A stretch of 64,000 nt of DNA, from contig VMFP01000002.1 in assembly GCA_007376145.1 (NCBI GenBank), positions 8,679 to 72,678 on the forward strand. The letters are read 5' to 3'. Positions 51,849 to 61,999 of this stretch are shown piece after piece. Each line of letters begins with the position of its first letter. The first letter of the stretch is position 1. The translations under genes and the position numbers were made by a program. Source of the stretch: Parcubacteria group bacterium Gr01-1014_38. GTDB taxonomy: Bacteria; Patescibacteriota; Andersenbacteria; UBA10190; CAIZMI01. The notes below the pieces were generated by a model that searched no databases, was not told the origin of the DNA, and saw only the letters and a program-made list of their open reading frames with translations.

Positions 51849-53390
51849 ATGCAACTGGAACCCATCATCGGGCTGGAGGTCCACGTGCACTTGAACACGA
51901 AGTCCAAGTTGTTCTGCGGGTGCCGGAACGTGTCGGAAGCCGAGCGGCCGAACCAGTACGTCTGCCCCGTGTGCATGGGGTTTCCCGGGACGCTCCCGGT
52001 GGCCAATAAGCAAGCGATCGAGTGGACCGTGCTCGCCGGACTGGCACTCGGGTGCGAGATCGCCGAGCACTCGACCTTTGCCCGGAAAAGCTACTTCTAC
52101 CCTGACTTGCCGAAGGGCTACCAGATCTCCCAGTACGAGGAGCCGCTGTGCGTAAACGGCGAAGTCCACGTGTTTGTCGGAAGCGAGGACCGCCGCGTGC
52201 GCGTTCAACGTGTGCATCTGGAAGAAGACGCGGCGAAGAGCATTCATACCGCCGATGCCACGCTCGTGGATCACAACCGGGCAGGCACGCCCCTTATCGA
52301 GGTTGTTACCGGTCCTGATCTGCGGAGTCCGCAGGAGGCCAAAGCGTTTCTCGAGGATCTCCAGCGGACGATGCGGTACTTACGAATCTCGAATGCCGAC
52401 ATGGAAAAAGGAGATTTGCGGGTAGATGCGAACATCTCACTTAGGCCTTATGGCGATAAGGCGCTTGGCCCGAAGACCGAGATTAAAAACATGAATTCCT
52501 TCCGTGCCGTCGAGCGGGCACTCGCTAGCGAGATTGAACGACATAAGCAGATCTGGCTACAACACCACAACACGGCGCATTCCTTTGGTGGCTTGTGGGT
52601 AGTAGAGGGGCTTCAGTCAACGACACGTGCGTGGGTAGCAGAGCATGAAGAGACAGTCGAGCAGCGCACCAAGGAAGCAGAGGCAGACTACCGGTACTTC
52701 CCGGAGCCGGATATTCCCCCGCTCGCTCTTGAGCGGATCTGGGTAGAAACACTCCGGATCGCCCTTCGGGAACTCCCCCACGCGAAGGAGGAGCGCTTCC
52801 GTCGCCAGTACCGGATGACGTCTGCTGATGCCCATCTCCTCGTCGGCAATCGGGATCTTGCCGACTACGCCGAGAACGTTTTTTCAGAGGTTGCAGAGTG
52901 GGTCAAGGAACGTACCGACGTAGAGCAGCGCGAGCTTCCGCATTTGGAAAAGCTTGCTGTGAACTATCTTATTGGCGATGTTCGCTCGACACTCGTGGCA
53001 CAAGGCGCCAGTGTTTCAACGACGAAAATAACGCCGGAAAACTTCGCGGAGCTCGTTGTCATGCTCCACCGGGCCGAGGTGAACCGGAATGCCGTGCCGG
53101 AGGTGCTCCGTCTCATGCACGAGACCGGGGGAGACCCATCGACGATTGTTCGAGAGCGCGGCCTCCAGCAGGTCTCGGATATGGATGCGCTCCGCCGTCT
53201 TGTCCAAGACGTGGTGCGGAGTTTCCCCGCGGAGGTAGACAAGATCCGTGCCGGCAAGAATCAGGTGCTCGAGTTCCTCGTGGGACAGGTGATGGCGGAC
53301 ACGCGCGGTCGAGCCAACCCCGCGACCGTCCGTCGGCTTCTCCGCGACGAACTCGGGTTGTCAGATGCTTCCGACAGACCATCGTCTTGA
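51849..53390 (+). CDS. gatB: Asp/Glu-tRNA amidotransferase subunit B
   Basis: IGLEVHVHL, YFYPDLPKGYQISQ, HLEED, DYRYFPEPD, GQVM..TRGRANP. Confidence 0.97.
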   Translation: MQLEPIIGLEVHVHLNTKSKLFCGCRNVSEAERPNQYVCPVCMGFPGTLPVANKQAIEWTVLAGLALGCEIAEHSTFARKSYFYPDLPKGYQISQYEEPLCVNGEVHVFVGSEDRRVRVQRVHLEEDAAKSIHTADATLVDHNRAGTPLIEVVTGPDLRSPQEAKAFLEDLQRTMRYLRISNADMEKGDLRVDANISLRPYGDKALGPKTEIKNMNSFRAVERALASEIERHKQIWLQHHNTAHSFGGLWVVEGLQSTTRAWVAEHEETVEQRTKEAEADYRYFPEPDIPPLALERIWVETLRIALRELPHAKEERFRRQYRMTSADAHLLVGNRDLADYAENVFSEVAEWVKERTDVEQRELPHLEKLAVNYLIGDVRSTLVAQGASVSTTKITPENFAELVVMLHRAEVNRNAVPEVLRLMHETGGDPSTIVRERGLQQVSDMDALRRLVQDVVRSFPAEVDKIRAGKNQVLEFLVGQVMADTRGRANPATVRRLLRDELGLSDASDRPSS

Positions 53391-53479
53391 CGGTCGCCAC
53401 CACCCACGTATCGTGCAGATACCCTCTTTGGTCCCTCCGGGTGCGTCACCCGCTGTCCTTTTTCTGAAAGGGGTCCTCC

Positions 53480-53776
53480 GTGACCAACCGGTCTTCTCCC
53501 AGCTCTGGCCTTCTCCCCAACCTCGACCGCGTTGATCAGGACGCGCTCCTCCGTGAGCTCTACAACGGCAAGCAGGAACTCGAATCCCTTCTTCGGAAAC
53601 TCGAAGAAGAACAATGTCCGATCTCCTCGATGCCCGCCGCCCAGTGTGCGCCGTGCGCGGAGAAGGATCCGCTGCACTATCCTCAAGGAGTCACGAGGAA
53701 GATCCGGACTGTTGTCCAGAAGCTCCTGCAGCAGATCGAGCGGGTGGCTTCTCTGCTCGCCACGGGTAGATCGTGA
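53480..53776 (+). CDS. small helical hypothetical protein
   Basis: GTG start with AAAGGGG RBS; coiled-coil-like; CAPC motif. Confidence 0.5.
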   Translation: MTNRSSPSSGLLPNLDRVDQDALLRELYNGKQELESLLRKLEEEQCPISSMPAAQCAPCAEKDPLHYPQGVTRKIRTVVQKLLQQIERVASLLATGRS

Positions 53777-53799
53777 GCCGACGGAACAGCAAGAAGAGG

Positions 53800-54780
53800 T
53801 TAGGGGGGTGACTCCGGTCGAACATCGTTTTGACCGGAGTTTTTTCTTTGGAGAACGTCGGTAATCACCCGGCGAGCTTCGGCGGCCGAGGCTACGCGGA
53901 CGAGTTCCGGTTCCCCCTTGAGCCACGTCTGTTGCCTCCGCGCGTACTCCCGGTGCGCACGAAGGACGGCGCGTGTGGTCTCCGCAAGAGTGGTTTCTCC
54001 GCGGAGGTACGGGAGTACCTGGCGGTACCCAACCGCCTGCAACCCCGGCGCTGATTCCCCGTACTGTTGTACCAGTCTTCGCACTTCTTCCACGAAACCG
54101 TGGCGAAACTCTTCCTCGACGCGGGAAGTGAGGCGCTCGCGGAGTACTTCCGGAGGAGGGACGAGCGCCAGTTTCAGGAACCGCACCGGGGGCGCACTCT
54201 GCCCGGACGGTGCTTCGTGGACGCCAGAGGAACCCGCCCGTGCAATTTCGAGCGCGCGTATGACCCGACGCTTATTGCGCACCTGATCGACTCTGGCATA
54301 GAGATCGGGGGCCAGAGCCTTCAGTTCACGCGCCAGCGTCTCCACGGACTGCGTCTCTGCCCACGCACGAAAGGCCGAATCTGGTGGAACGTCGGGGAGG
54401 GAGCGGTGGCTCGTCAGGACACGGACGTAGAACCCGGTTCCCCCGACGACGATTGGAAGTTTCCTGCGCCGCCGGATATCAGCGATGAGCTGTTCGGCGT
54501 CATCGCGGAATGCGGCGGCGGAGTACTGCTGGTCTGGTGTGAGGATGTCAAGGAGATAGTGGGGGATTCCGGCGACGAGGATCGGTTCATCACTCTTGCC
54601 GACGCCTAGCGTTCGTCTCCCCGGCTTCTCGGTACCGATGTCCATGCCGGCGTAGATCTGCCGCGAATCTGCGGTGATGATTTCCCCGTTGAGCGCTTGG
54701 GCAAGTTCCAGCGCGAGCGCGGATTTCCCCGCGCCTGTGGGACCCATGATGACGACGGCGGAGTTCTGCCTTCTCATCAC
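53800..54780 (-). CDS. miaA: tRNA dimethylallyltransferase
   Basis: GPTGAGKS, DSRQIY..MDIGT, VGGTGFY, YARRQQTW. Confidence 0.95.
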   Translation of the reverse strand: MMRRQNSAVVIMGPTGAGKSALALELAQALNGEIITADSRQIYAGMDIGTEKPGRRTLGVGKSDEPILVAGIPHYLLDILTPDQQYSAAAFRDDAEQLIADIRRRRKLPIVVGGTGFYVRVLTSHRSLPDVPPDSAFRAWAETQSVETLARELKALAPDLYARVDQVRNKRRVIRALEIARAGSSGVHEAPSGQSAPPVRFLKLALVPPPEVLRERLTSRVEEEFRHGFVEEVRRLVQQYGESAPGLQAVGYRQVLPYLRGETTLAETTRAVLRAHREYARRQQTWLKGEPELVRVASAAEARRVITDVLQRKNSGQNDVRPESPP

Positions 54781-54823
54781 TCACCACTCATAACGCAAAA
54801 CTCTCCCGTGGTACACTGGCGGC

Positions 54824-55393
54824 ATGTTCCGTCGAGCGGGATGGCTGCTCCGCTGGGTCCTTTTCCTCGTGGCCGCATGGGCCGCACTGGTGTACGGACT
54901 TCCCGCCTTCCGCGCCCGACTGCCCGACCTCTGCGCGCGGTGGAATCTCCAGGGAGGCGTGTGCTCCCCGCCCGTCCAAGAGACGCTCGGTCGCGTCCAG
55001 GAGTGGACGGAGAGTCATCTCGTCCCACTCTCTCGCGATGCTCGCTTTCGCGCGTCGCTGCGGCAGGTCCAGCGCGCGTTTCAGCACTTCGAAACGCTCC
55101 TCCGGCGGCAGGTGGGGAACGCGCGGGTGGACGCGGCGTTCCGCGGCGCAGACGTCGGATTGCGGGAACTCGAACGTCTGTTCGGCGATGATCGAGAGAT
55201 TGCGCGGGAGAAGATCGCTGCCGTGCCGGGGAACACGCGGGAACTCCTCCGAAAGGCGCGGGAAGCGTTTGACCGGCTCCGCGCTCTCTTGAGTTCAACC
55301 GGCCGCCGTGCCGACGAAGTGTCGAGCGCCGTGGACGAAGCCCAACAGGCCCTGGATGCGCTCTCCACCGCGCTTCCGGGAAAGAACGAGTGA
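54824..55393 (+). CDS. membrane-anchored amphipathic helical protein
   Basis: N-terminal TM then long amphipathic helices; TGGTACACT 6 nt before ATG. Confidence 0.65.
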   Translation: MFRRAGWLLRWVLFLVAAWAALVYGLPAFRARLPDLCARWNLQGGVCSPPVQETLGRVQEWTESHLVPLSRDARFRASLRQVQRAFQHFETLLRRQVGNARVDAAFRGADVGLRELERLFGDDREIAREKIAAVPGNTRELLRKAREAFDRLRALLSSTGRRADEVSSAVDEAQQALDALSTALPGKNE

Positions 55394-55399
55394 CGCGCT

Positions 55400-56704
55400 T
55401 TAGGGAAGCGTGAGCGACTTCTGCGCGATCTTCTCTGCGAGGAACCCGATTGCCTCCGAAAGTTTCTTGCTCCCGAAATTCTTTCCGCCGTGGAGACGGA
55501 TGGTCACGGTCTGCTCCTGCTGTTCTCGTTCTCCCAAAATGGCCATCACGGGGATTTTCTGCGTCTCCGCGTTTCGGATTTTCTTCGGCAGCGTTTCGTT
55601 GCTGTCATCCACTTCCACACGGATCCTGTCAGCACGCAAGGCTGTTGACACCTTGCTCGCGTATCCAGCGACATTCTGGCTCACGGGAAGAATCCGCACC
55701 TGAATCGGCGCGAGCCAGAGAGGAAACTTTCCTTCAAAGTGCTCGATGAGGAACGCAATGAAGCGTTCAAGGGTACCGATAAGAGCCCGGTGGATGATGA
55801 CCGGGCGCGCTCGCTTGCCGGTCGCCGCGGTGTAGGTCACATCCAGTCGCTCCGGGAGCAACATGTCGAGTTGGATGGTCGAAACGGTGAACGTGTGCCC
55901 AGCGGCATCCTTCATTTGGATATCGGCCTTGGGGCCATAGAACGCGGCGTCACCGACTGCTTCCGTGAACTGGACGCCTGCGTGCTTTAGCGCCGTGCGG
56001 AGGGCTGTTTCGCTCTTCTTCCAGAGCACGGGCTGGTCCGCGTACTTCTTCTTTTTCTTCGGGTCGTGGAGGGCGAAGTCAATCCAGAAGTCTTTCAGAC
56101 CGAAGGTGCGGTAGATTCGCTGCATGAGTTCAAGCACCGAACGGATTTCGCTTTCCAGCTGTTCCTCCGTGCAGAAGATATGCGCGTCGTTCATGGTCAT
56201 CCCGCGAACTCGGGTGAGCCCCTGGAGCTGCCCGGATTTCTCATAGCGGTACACCGTGCCGAATTCCGCGATGCGGAGCGGGAGCTCCCGGTACGAGCGC
56301 GGACGCGCCTGGTAGATGCGAACGTGGTGCGGGCAGTTCATGGGCTTCACGATGAACCGCTCGTTGTCCGCGACCATCGGGGGGAACATGCTCTCGCGGT
56401 AGTAGGGGAGGTGCCCCGAGGCCTCGTAGAGTTCTTCCCGTCCGAGATGCGGAGTCACCACGTGCTGATACCCGGATGCGAGTTCCTCGTCCATCACGTA
56501 TTGCTCCAATGCCCGCCGCAGCGCCGCGCCTTTTGGGAGCCAGAGCGGGAGGCCGCTGCCAATGAGCGGGTCAATGAGAAAGAGTTCCAACTCGGTCCCC
56601 GATTTCCTGTGGTCGCGCGGAGAGAGTTCAGCTGGCGACTCCCCCTGCTTTGCCGCTGCTTTTTGTTGAGGAGTACGTTTTGCTGGCACGTCGGTACTGT
56701 ACAT
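55400..56704 (-). CDS. thrS: threonine--tRNA ligase (no N-terminal TGS/editing domains)
   Basis: RDHRK, KPMNCPHH, YRYEKSG, AAFYGPK, IHRA, FPLWLAP; start uncertain. Confidence 0.95.
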   Translation of the reverse strand: MYSTDVPAKRTPQQKAAAKQGESPAELSPRDHRKSGTELELFLIDPLIGSGLPLWLPKGAALRRALEQYVMDEELASGYQHVVTPHLGREELYEASGHLPYYRESMFPPMVADNERFIVKPMNCPHHVRIYQARPRSYRELPLRIAEFGTVYRYEKSGQLQGLTRVRGMTMNDAHIFCTEEQLESEIRSVLELMQRIYRTFGLKDFWIDFALHDPKKKKKYADQPVLWKKSETALRTALKHAGVQFTEAVGDAAFYGPKADIQMKDAAGHTFTVSTIQLDMLLPERLDVTYTAATGKRARPVIIHRALIGTLERFIAFLIEHFEGKFPLWLAPIQVRILPVSQNVAGYASKVSTALRADRIRVEVDDSNETLPKKIRNAETQKIPVMAILGEREQQEQTVTIRLHGGKNFGSKKLSEAIGFLAEKIAQKSLTLP

Positions 56705-56814
56705 TCTCGTCGCGCTTCTTGGAAGAACACCTCTTGACTACAGTACTCGTGTACTGTATTGATCAGTACGTACATTGGTCGCTCTGTTCTGCTACAACTC
56801 GAAAGGGGAAAACC

Positions 56815-57360
56815 ATGGCTGATCTCAAACCACCGCTCAAGGGCTACTCGTTGTTTCTTGAGGCGGAAGGATCGGAGCAGAAATTCTTGCAGGAGCTTGT
56901 GGATGACTTAGCACGGAAGAACCGAACATTCACGTTCCCGGCCCACGTTACACTTCTCGGCCTACTCGATAAAACCCCAGCTGATTTGGATCACGTCAAG
57001 CAGGCCGGAAGGGAGATTGCCGCCGGGTATCGCGGCGTTGTCACGGAAATCGTCGGGATGGGCATTCGCCGCATGTATTTCCAGTCCGTTTTTCTCCCCG
57101 TGAGCCCATCCAGCGAACTCATGACAATGAGTCAACAGGCGCGGGTCCTTCTCGGTCACGAGGCGGATCCCCCATTCATGCCGCACTGGAGTGCCGTCTA
57201 TGGGGATATTGACGAACGGCAGAAGCGGGCTATTGTCCGCGACCTCATGGGCGTAGTCCCGTTTCCAAAGGTCGTTGCGATCAAGAACATCGCCCTCGCA
57301 GATGTAAGCGGATATCCGGACGAGTGGAAGATCCTTGAACGATATCCTCTCGCTGACTGA
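56815..57360 (+). CDS. 2H phosphoesterase (CPDase-like cyclic phosphodiesterase)
   Basis: Two HxT/S motifs: FPAHVTL and FMPHWSAVYG; AAAGGGG RBS. Confidence 0.8.
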   Translation: MADLKPPLKGYSLFLEAEGSEQKFLQELVDDLARKNRTFTFPAHVTLLGLLDKTPADLDHVKQAGREIAAGYRGVVTEIVGMGIRRMYFQSVFLPVSPSSELMTMSQQARVLLGHEADPPFMPHWSAVYGDIDERQKRAIVRDLMGVVPFPKVVAIKNIALADVSGYPDEWKILERYPLAD

Positions 57361-57491
57361 CACCGCGTTAACGATTTCGTACCGATACTCTCCGGTGGGG
57401 GTCGGTATTTTTCTATTGACATGTGCCGCTGAATCTCTTAAGCTGTGCATTCGGGTTGTTGTTTCTTACCCATTGCTAAGGAGAAATCATC

Positions 57492-58271
57492 GTGATCGAG
57501 ACATTGGAACGTGCCGTCCGTGCGTGCGGAGACCTGCTCCTAGAAATTCGGGAGAAGGGCCTTCGGACGGAAGATAAGGATGAGCAGCTTGGGGCGCATT
57601 TTTCCACGCAGGGAGATACGCTCTCACAAGCGCGCGGCATTGAAATTCTTCGCGAGAAGTTCCCCGATGAGATCGTCATTGCGGAAGAGCAGGAGAACGC
57701 GGCAGAGATTCCACCGAACTGCACCGTCTTCGATCCACTGGACGGAACGATCGCCTATTACAACGGCTGTCGTGAATTCGGGGTCACGCTCTGCACGCTC
57801 CGCGGCGGACAGCCGCACGCTGGCGTGATGTATTTTCCCGTTGACCGGATGATGATCAGCGCGGTGCGCGGCGAGGGTTGCTCCATCAATGGAGAGAAGT
57901 TCACAATTCGGTGGGATCGCCCGCTGGATAAGACGATGATTGGGATCGACGTCGGTCCTTGGACGGTCTACGAAGTCGTTCAGCCACTCGCAAAACGCTT
58001 CTGCGTTCGAAGTATCATGGTCGCTGTCTACGATGCACGTGCAGTTCTTCTCGGAGAAACCGGTGCGTACTTCAGTCTGAACATCGCAAAGATCTGGGAT
58101 GCCGCGGCGGGCGTTCTCGCGGTGGAGGAGGCCGGAGGTGTTGCCTGTGCACCTGATGGGTCTCCGCTGCGGTGGAACGCGATTGCGGCGGACTGGATTC
58201 TCGCTGCAAACCGCGAATTGGCGGAGCACATTCTCCCCTACACCACATTGTGGAAGGGAAGAGCGAGTTGA
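57492..58271 (+). CDS. inositol monophosphatase family protein
   Basis: IAEE, FDPLDGT, IWDAAAG..VEEAGG. Confidence 0.92.
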   Translation: MIETLERAVRACGDLLLEIREKGLRTEDKDEQLGAHFSTQGDTLSQARGIEILREKFPDEIVIAEEQENAAEIPPNCTVFDPLDGTIAYYNGCREFGVTLCTLRGGQPHAGVMYFPVDRMMISAVRGEGCSINGEKFTIRWDRPLDKTMIGIDVGPWTVYEVVQPLAKRFCVRSIMVAVYDARAVLLGETGAYFSLNIAKIWDAAAGVLAVEEAGGVACAPDGSPLRWNAIAADWILAANRELAEHILPYTTLWKGRAS

Positions 58272-58290
58272 TCGTCCTGATGACCCCATT

Positions 58291-58323
58291 GGCCAGCGGT
58301 CTACACCGACCGCTGGCCTTTTT
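58291..58323 (+). terminator. intrinsic terminator
   Basis: GGCCAGCGGTC-TACACC-GACCGCTGGCC-TTTTT. Confidence 0.8.
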
Positions 58324-58327
58324 CTTG

Positions 58328-61300
58328 TCAGGATGATGGAACGGATCGTCGGAGTTCCACGGGTTCCGGGACATCCTCGGTCAGCGCGATCTCTACCGAC
58401 CGCGGCCCGAGGAGGTCGAGCAATTTTTCCCGCAGAGTGTGATCGAGAGTCAGCGCGTAGGAGGTCTTCACAAGGTCCACCGTTCCGTTGCGCTTCGGGA
58501 CGCGGAGGTAGATGCGGACCGGGCCGAGGGGCAGAGAGCTCAACACCTCCTTCAGGGAGAGCAAAACGGCGCGTCCTCCGTTGGGAGGGACCGTGAGAAT
58601 CGCGTAGGGTTTCGGAAGCGCTTCGGGGACGACCCGCGGTTCCGGAGCCACCCCGCGGTTCTCAGACGATGTGGTCATCGGCTGCGTTTCCGACACCTGC
58701 TCCGCTTCCTCGCAGAGCACTTTGGGCACGCCGTCGCGGTCATTGACGCGACCTTCCACGATCAGGACATGGTCTTCCGCCCAGAGTCCGGGATTGGCCG
58801 CGAGGACCTTCGGAAATACGAGCACCTCGATGGAGCCCGTTTGGTCCTCGAGCGTGGCGAACGCCATCGTTTCTCTCGTGCGCGTGACCACGCGCTGGAC
58901 TCTCGTCACGATCCCCCCGATGCAAACGCTGTAGTCCACAAGGTCGGCGGAAATATCCTTGATGGGTGTCGTGCGGCCGGCGAGGAGGTGCGACACCGCG
59001 GCGACCGGATGGCCGGACACGTAGAGACCGAGGAGCTCCTTCTCCCATTGCAAGCGTTGCTCTGGTGGGGCGGGAGGAGAAGGTCGGAGAGCGATCGCCG
59101 CGCTGCCCTGTTCCTCCGATGCGCCAAACAGCGCGCCCTGTCCCGCGATGGTCTGCTTCTGGGCACTCCGACCCAGATGGAGAAGGTGATCGAGGTTCTC
59201 GAGAATGGCGTTGCGCTCGGCCAGGGCGTCGAGGGCTCCCGCTTTCGTGAGGCTCTCCGCCGCTTTCTTGTTGAACTCGCGGGTCTGCACCCGCTGGAAA
59301 AAGTCGGCGAGCGTCCGGAAGGGACCGCCTGCCGCGCGGGCGTCGAGCATCGCACGCACCACACCGGACCCCACGTTCTTCACGGCGAGCAGGCCGAACC
59401 GAATGGCGTCTCCCGGTCCCTCCCGCGCGGTCACCACCGTGAAGTGCTCGCCGCTCTCGTTCACGTCCGGCGGGAGCACCGGGATCTCCATCGCGGTACA
59501 CTCCGCCACCTCAATGGCGATCCGATCGGTATCGTTCTCGTCGGAGGTGAGGAGCGCGGCCATGAAGGCCGCAGCGTAGTGGGTTTTTAAGTACGCGGTC
59601 TGGTAGGCGATGAGGGCGTAGCAGGACGCGTGGGCGCGGTTGAACCCGTAGTGGGCAAACGGTTCAATGAACGCGAAGATTTTCTCGGAGGTTTTTTCCT
59701 CTACACCGTTGCGGACCGCCCCATGAACGAACTTCTCCTTTTGCGCTTTCAGGAGTTTTTCAATTTTCTTCCCGACGGCCTTCCGGAGGATGTCCGCCTC
59801 GCCGAGCGTGAACCCCGCGATCGCGCGCGCGATTTCGAGGACCTGCTCTTGGTACACCGCAATCCCGTAGGTCTTCGCGAGAATCGGTTCCAACGCGGGG
59901 TGAAGGTACTCCGGTTTCTTCAAACCGTGCTTGCCGGCGATGTACTGCGGGATGAGCTCCATGGGTCCCGGTCGGTAGAGAGACACCATGGCCACGATGT
60001 CTTCGAACTCCGTCGGCTTCAGTTCTTTCAAGTATCGCTTCATTCCCTGGGATTCCAGCTGGAAGACACCGGTCGTCAGGCCTTCCTGCAGCGTGCGGTA
60101 GGTCGCTGCATCGTCGAGCGGGAGTGCGTCGAGGTCCAGGGCGGTGCCCGTGCGCTCGCGGACGATGTGGAGTGCGTGCCCGAGAATGGTGAGATTTTTT
60201 AAGCCGAGGAGATCGATCTTGAGGAGCCCAAGGTTCTCGACCGCGTGCATCTCATACTGCGTGATGATCGTGGCATCATCGGCGCTCGCCCGTTGGATCG
60301 GTACGTGTTCCACGAGTGGGGACGGCGTAATGACAATCCCTGCGGCGTGGGTGCTGGCATGGCGGGCAACACCCTCGAGCTTCCCGGCCGTCTCAAGGAG
60401 CCGTTGCACCTGGGGATCTTCCGCCGCGAGGCGTTGGAGGTCCTTCGAGCTGGCCTGGGCTTCGGCCAGCGACATGCCGAACGGAATGAGCTTGGCCACC
60501 TTATCGCAGAAGGTGTAGGGGAAACCGATCGCGCGTCCCACGTCGCGCACGGCCGCCCGCGCCGCCATGGTTCCAAAGGTGATGATCTGCGCGACGTGAT
60601 CGCGACCGTACCGGGCCTTCACGTACTGGAGCACTTCCTCCCGTCGGTCGTCGGCGAAATCGAGGTCAATGTCCGGCATACTCACGCGCTCGGGGTTCAA
60701 GAAGCGCTCAAACACGAGGTGGTGTTTCAGGGGGTCAATATTCGTGATGTGTACGAGGTAGCTCACGAGCGAACCGGCGGCAGATCCCCGACCCGGGCCA
60801 ACGAAGATGCCTTGGCGCTTCGCCCAGTTCACGAAGTCCTGCACAATGAGGAAGTACCCCGCAAAGCCGGTCTTCTCGACGACGTGCAGTTCGTACTCCA
60901 TCCGCTCCCGGGCTTCCGTCGGCGGCTTCAGCCCGTAGCGGGTTTGCAGCCCCTCCTCGGCGAGGCGGCGAAGCGCGGAATCCGGAGTCTCGCCGTCTGG
61001 GAGAGGGAAGGCCGGCAGGACAAGCTGGCCGAACGTCAGTTCGACAGCGCAGCGCTCCGCAATGCGCAGGGTATTCTCAAGCGCGCCCGGGACATCCCGG
61101 AACGCCTCAGCAAAGTGCTCTGAAGGTTGCAGGCTGAAGTCCTCTCCGAGCATGGAGAGCCGGTCCTTGTCCGTCAGCTTGGTTCCCGTCTGCACGCAGA
61201 GGAGAACGTCCTGCGCTTCGGCATCCTCCCGCCGCACGTAGTGCGCATCCCCCGTCGCGACGAGCCCGATTCCGTACTGCCGGGCGAACGTCTGGATCGC

Positions 61301-61870
61301 GTGGTTCACCTTTGGCTGCTCCGGGAGCGTGGGGTGATACTGGAGTTCAAGGAAGAACCGCTCGCGGCCGAAGACGTCGAGATGCCAGCGGACCAGACGG
61401 TCTGCTTCCGCATGGTCGCCGCGCACAATCGCTTGCGGAAGATCGCCGTTGATGCACCCCGAGAGGACGATAAGTCCATCGGCGTGCGCGCGCAGCGTGG
61501 CGTAGTCAATGCACGGCTTGCGGTAGAAGCCGTTCAGGTGCGCATCGGAGACCAGGCGCAAGAGGTTCTGGTATCCGGCCCTGTTCTCCACGAGGATCGT
61601 GAGATGCCGAATGGTCTTCTCGCTCACCGTGACGTCACGCGCCCGCTGCCGGTCGGGCACGAGGTACGCCTCCACGCCGAGGATCGGCCGAATCTCCCGC
61701 TTCCGCGCCTCCTCCCAGAATTCCACAAGACCGTGGAGGACCCCGTGGTCCGTGAGGGCCACGGCGCGCATGCCGAGCTCCTGCACGCGATCAAGAATCC
61801 CCGGGATTTTCCCGAGTCCGTCGAGGAGTGAATAGTGGCTATGCACGTGAAGATGGACGAAGTCGGGCAT
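58328..61870 (-). CDS. dnaE: DNA polymerase III alpha subunit
   Basis: FVHLHVHSHYSLLDG (PHP), GPGRGSAAGS, SMPDIDLDF, YGFNRAH, OB fold; true start ATG 61870. Confidence 0.97.
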   Translation of the reverse strand: MPDFVHLHVHSHYSLLDGLGKIPGILDRVQELGMRAVALTDHGVLHGLVEFWEEARKREIRPILGVEAYLVPDRQRARDVTVSEKTIRHLTILVENRAGYQNLLRLVSDAHLNGFYRKPCIDYATLRAHADGLIVLSGCINGDLPQAIVRGDHAEADRLVRWHLDVFGRERFFLELQYHPTLPEQPKVNHAIQTFARQYGIGLVATGDAHYVRREDAEAQDVLLCVQTGTKLTDKDRLSMLGEDFSLQPSEHFAEAFRDVPGALENTLRIAERCAVELTFGQLVLPAFPLPDGETPDSALRRLAEEGLQTRYGLKPPTEARERMEYELHVVEKTGFAGYFLIVQDFVNWAKRQGIFVGPGRGSAAGSLVSYLVHITNIDPLKHHLVFERFLNPERVSMPDIDLDFADDRREEVLQYVKARYGRDHVAQIITFGTMAARAAVRDVGRAIGFPYTFCDKVAKLIPFGMSLAEAQASSKDLQRLAAEDPQVQRLLETAGKLEGVARHASTHAAGIVITPSPLVEHVPIQRASADDATIITQYEMHAVENLGLLKIDLLGLKNLTILGHALHIVRERTGTALDLDALPLDDAATYRTLQEGLTTGVFQLESQGMKRYLKELKPTEFEDIVAMVSLYRPGPMELIPQYIAGKHGLKKPEYLHPALEPILAKTYGIAVYQEQVLEIARAIAGFTLGEADILRKAVGKKIEKLLKAQKEKFVHGAVRNGVEEKTSEKIFAFIEPFAHYGFNRAHASCYALIAYQTAYLKTHYAAAFMAALLTSDENDTDRIAIEVAECTAMEIPVLPPDVNESGEHFTVVTAREGPGDAIRFGLLAVKNVGSGVVRAMLDARAAGGPFRTLADFFQRVQTREFNKKAAESLTKAGALDALAERNAILENLDHLLHLGRSAQKQTIAGQGALFGASEEQGSAAIALRPSPPAPPEQRLQWEKELLGLYVSGHPVAAVSHLLAGRTTPIKDISADLVDYSVCIGGIVTRVQRVVTRTRETMAFATLEDQTGSIEVLVFPKVLAANPGLWAEDHVLIVEGRVNDRDGVPKVLCEEAEQVSETQPMTTSSENRGVAPEPRVVPEALPKPYAILTVPPNGGRAVLLSLKEVLSSLPLGPVRIYLRVPKRNGTVDLVKTSYALTLDHTLREKLLDLLGPRSVEIALTEDVPEPVELRRSVPSS

Positions 61871-61999
61871 GGGACTATTATTGTACGTCTGCGAGGCGTG
61901 TCGGGGGAGACGGGTCCTGTACCATGGAGTGGCCCGCCTTGCGCTCGGCCCATTCCACCTTTGAGCATCGTGAGAAACATTTCGTGGTATGGTGACGAG

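Noticed and set aside
52540-52620. Short extra segment in gatB (HHNTAHSFGGLWVV)
   Set aside because: In-frame, no repeats at its edges; most simply a variable loop.
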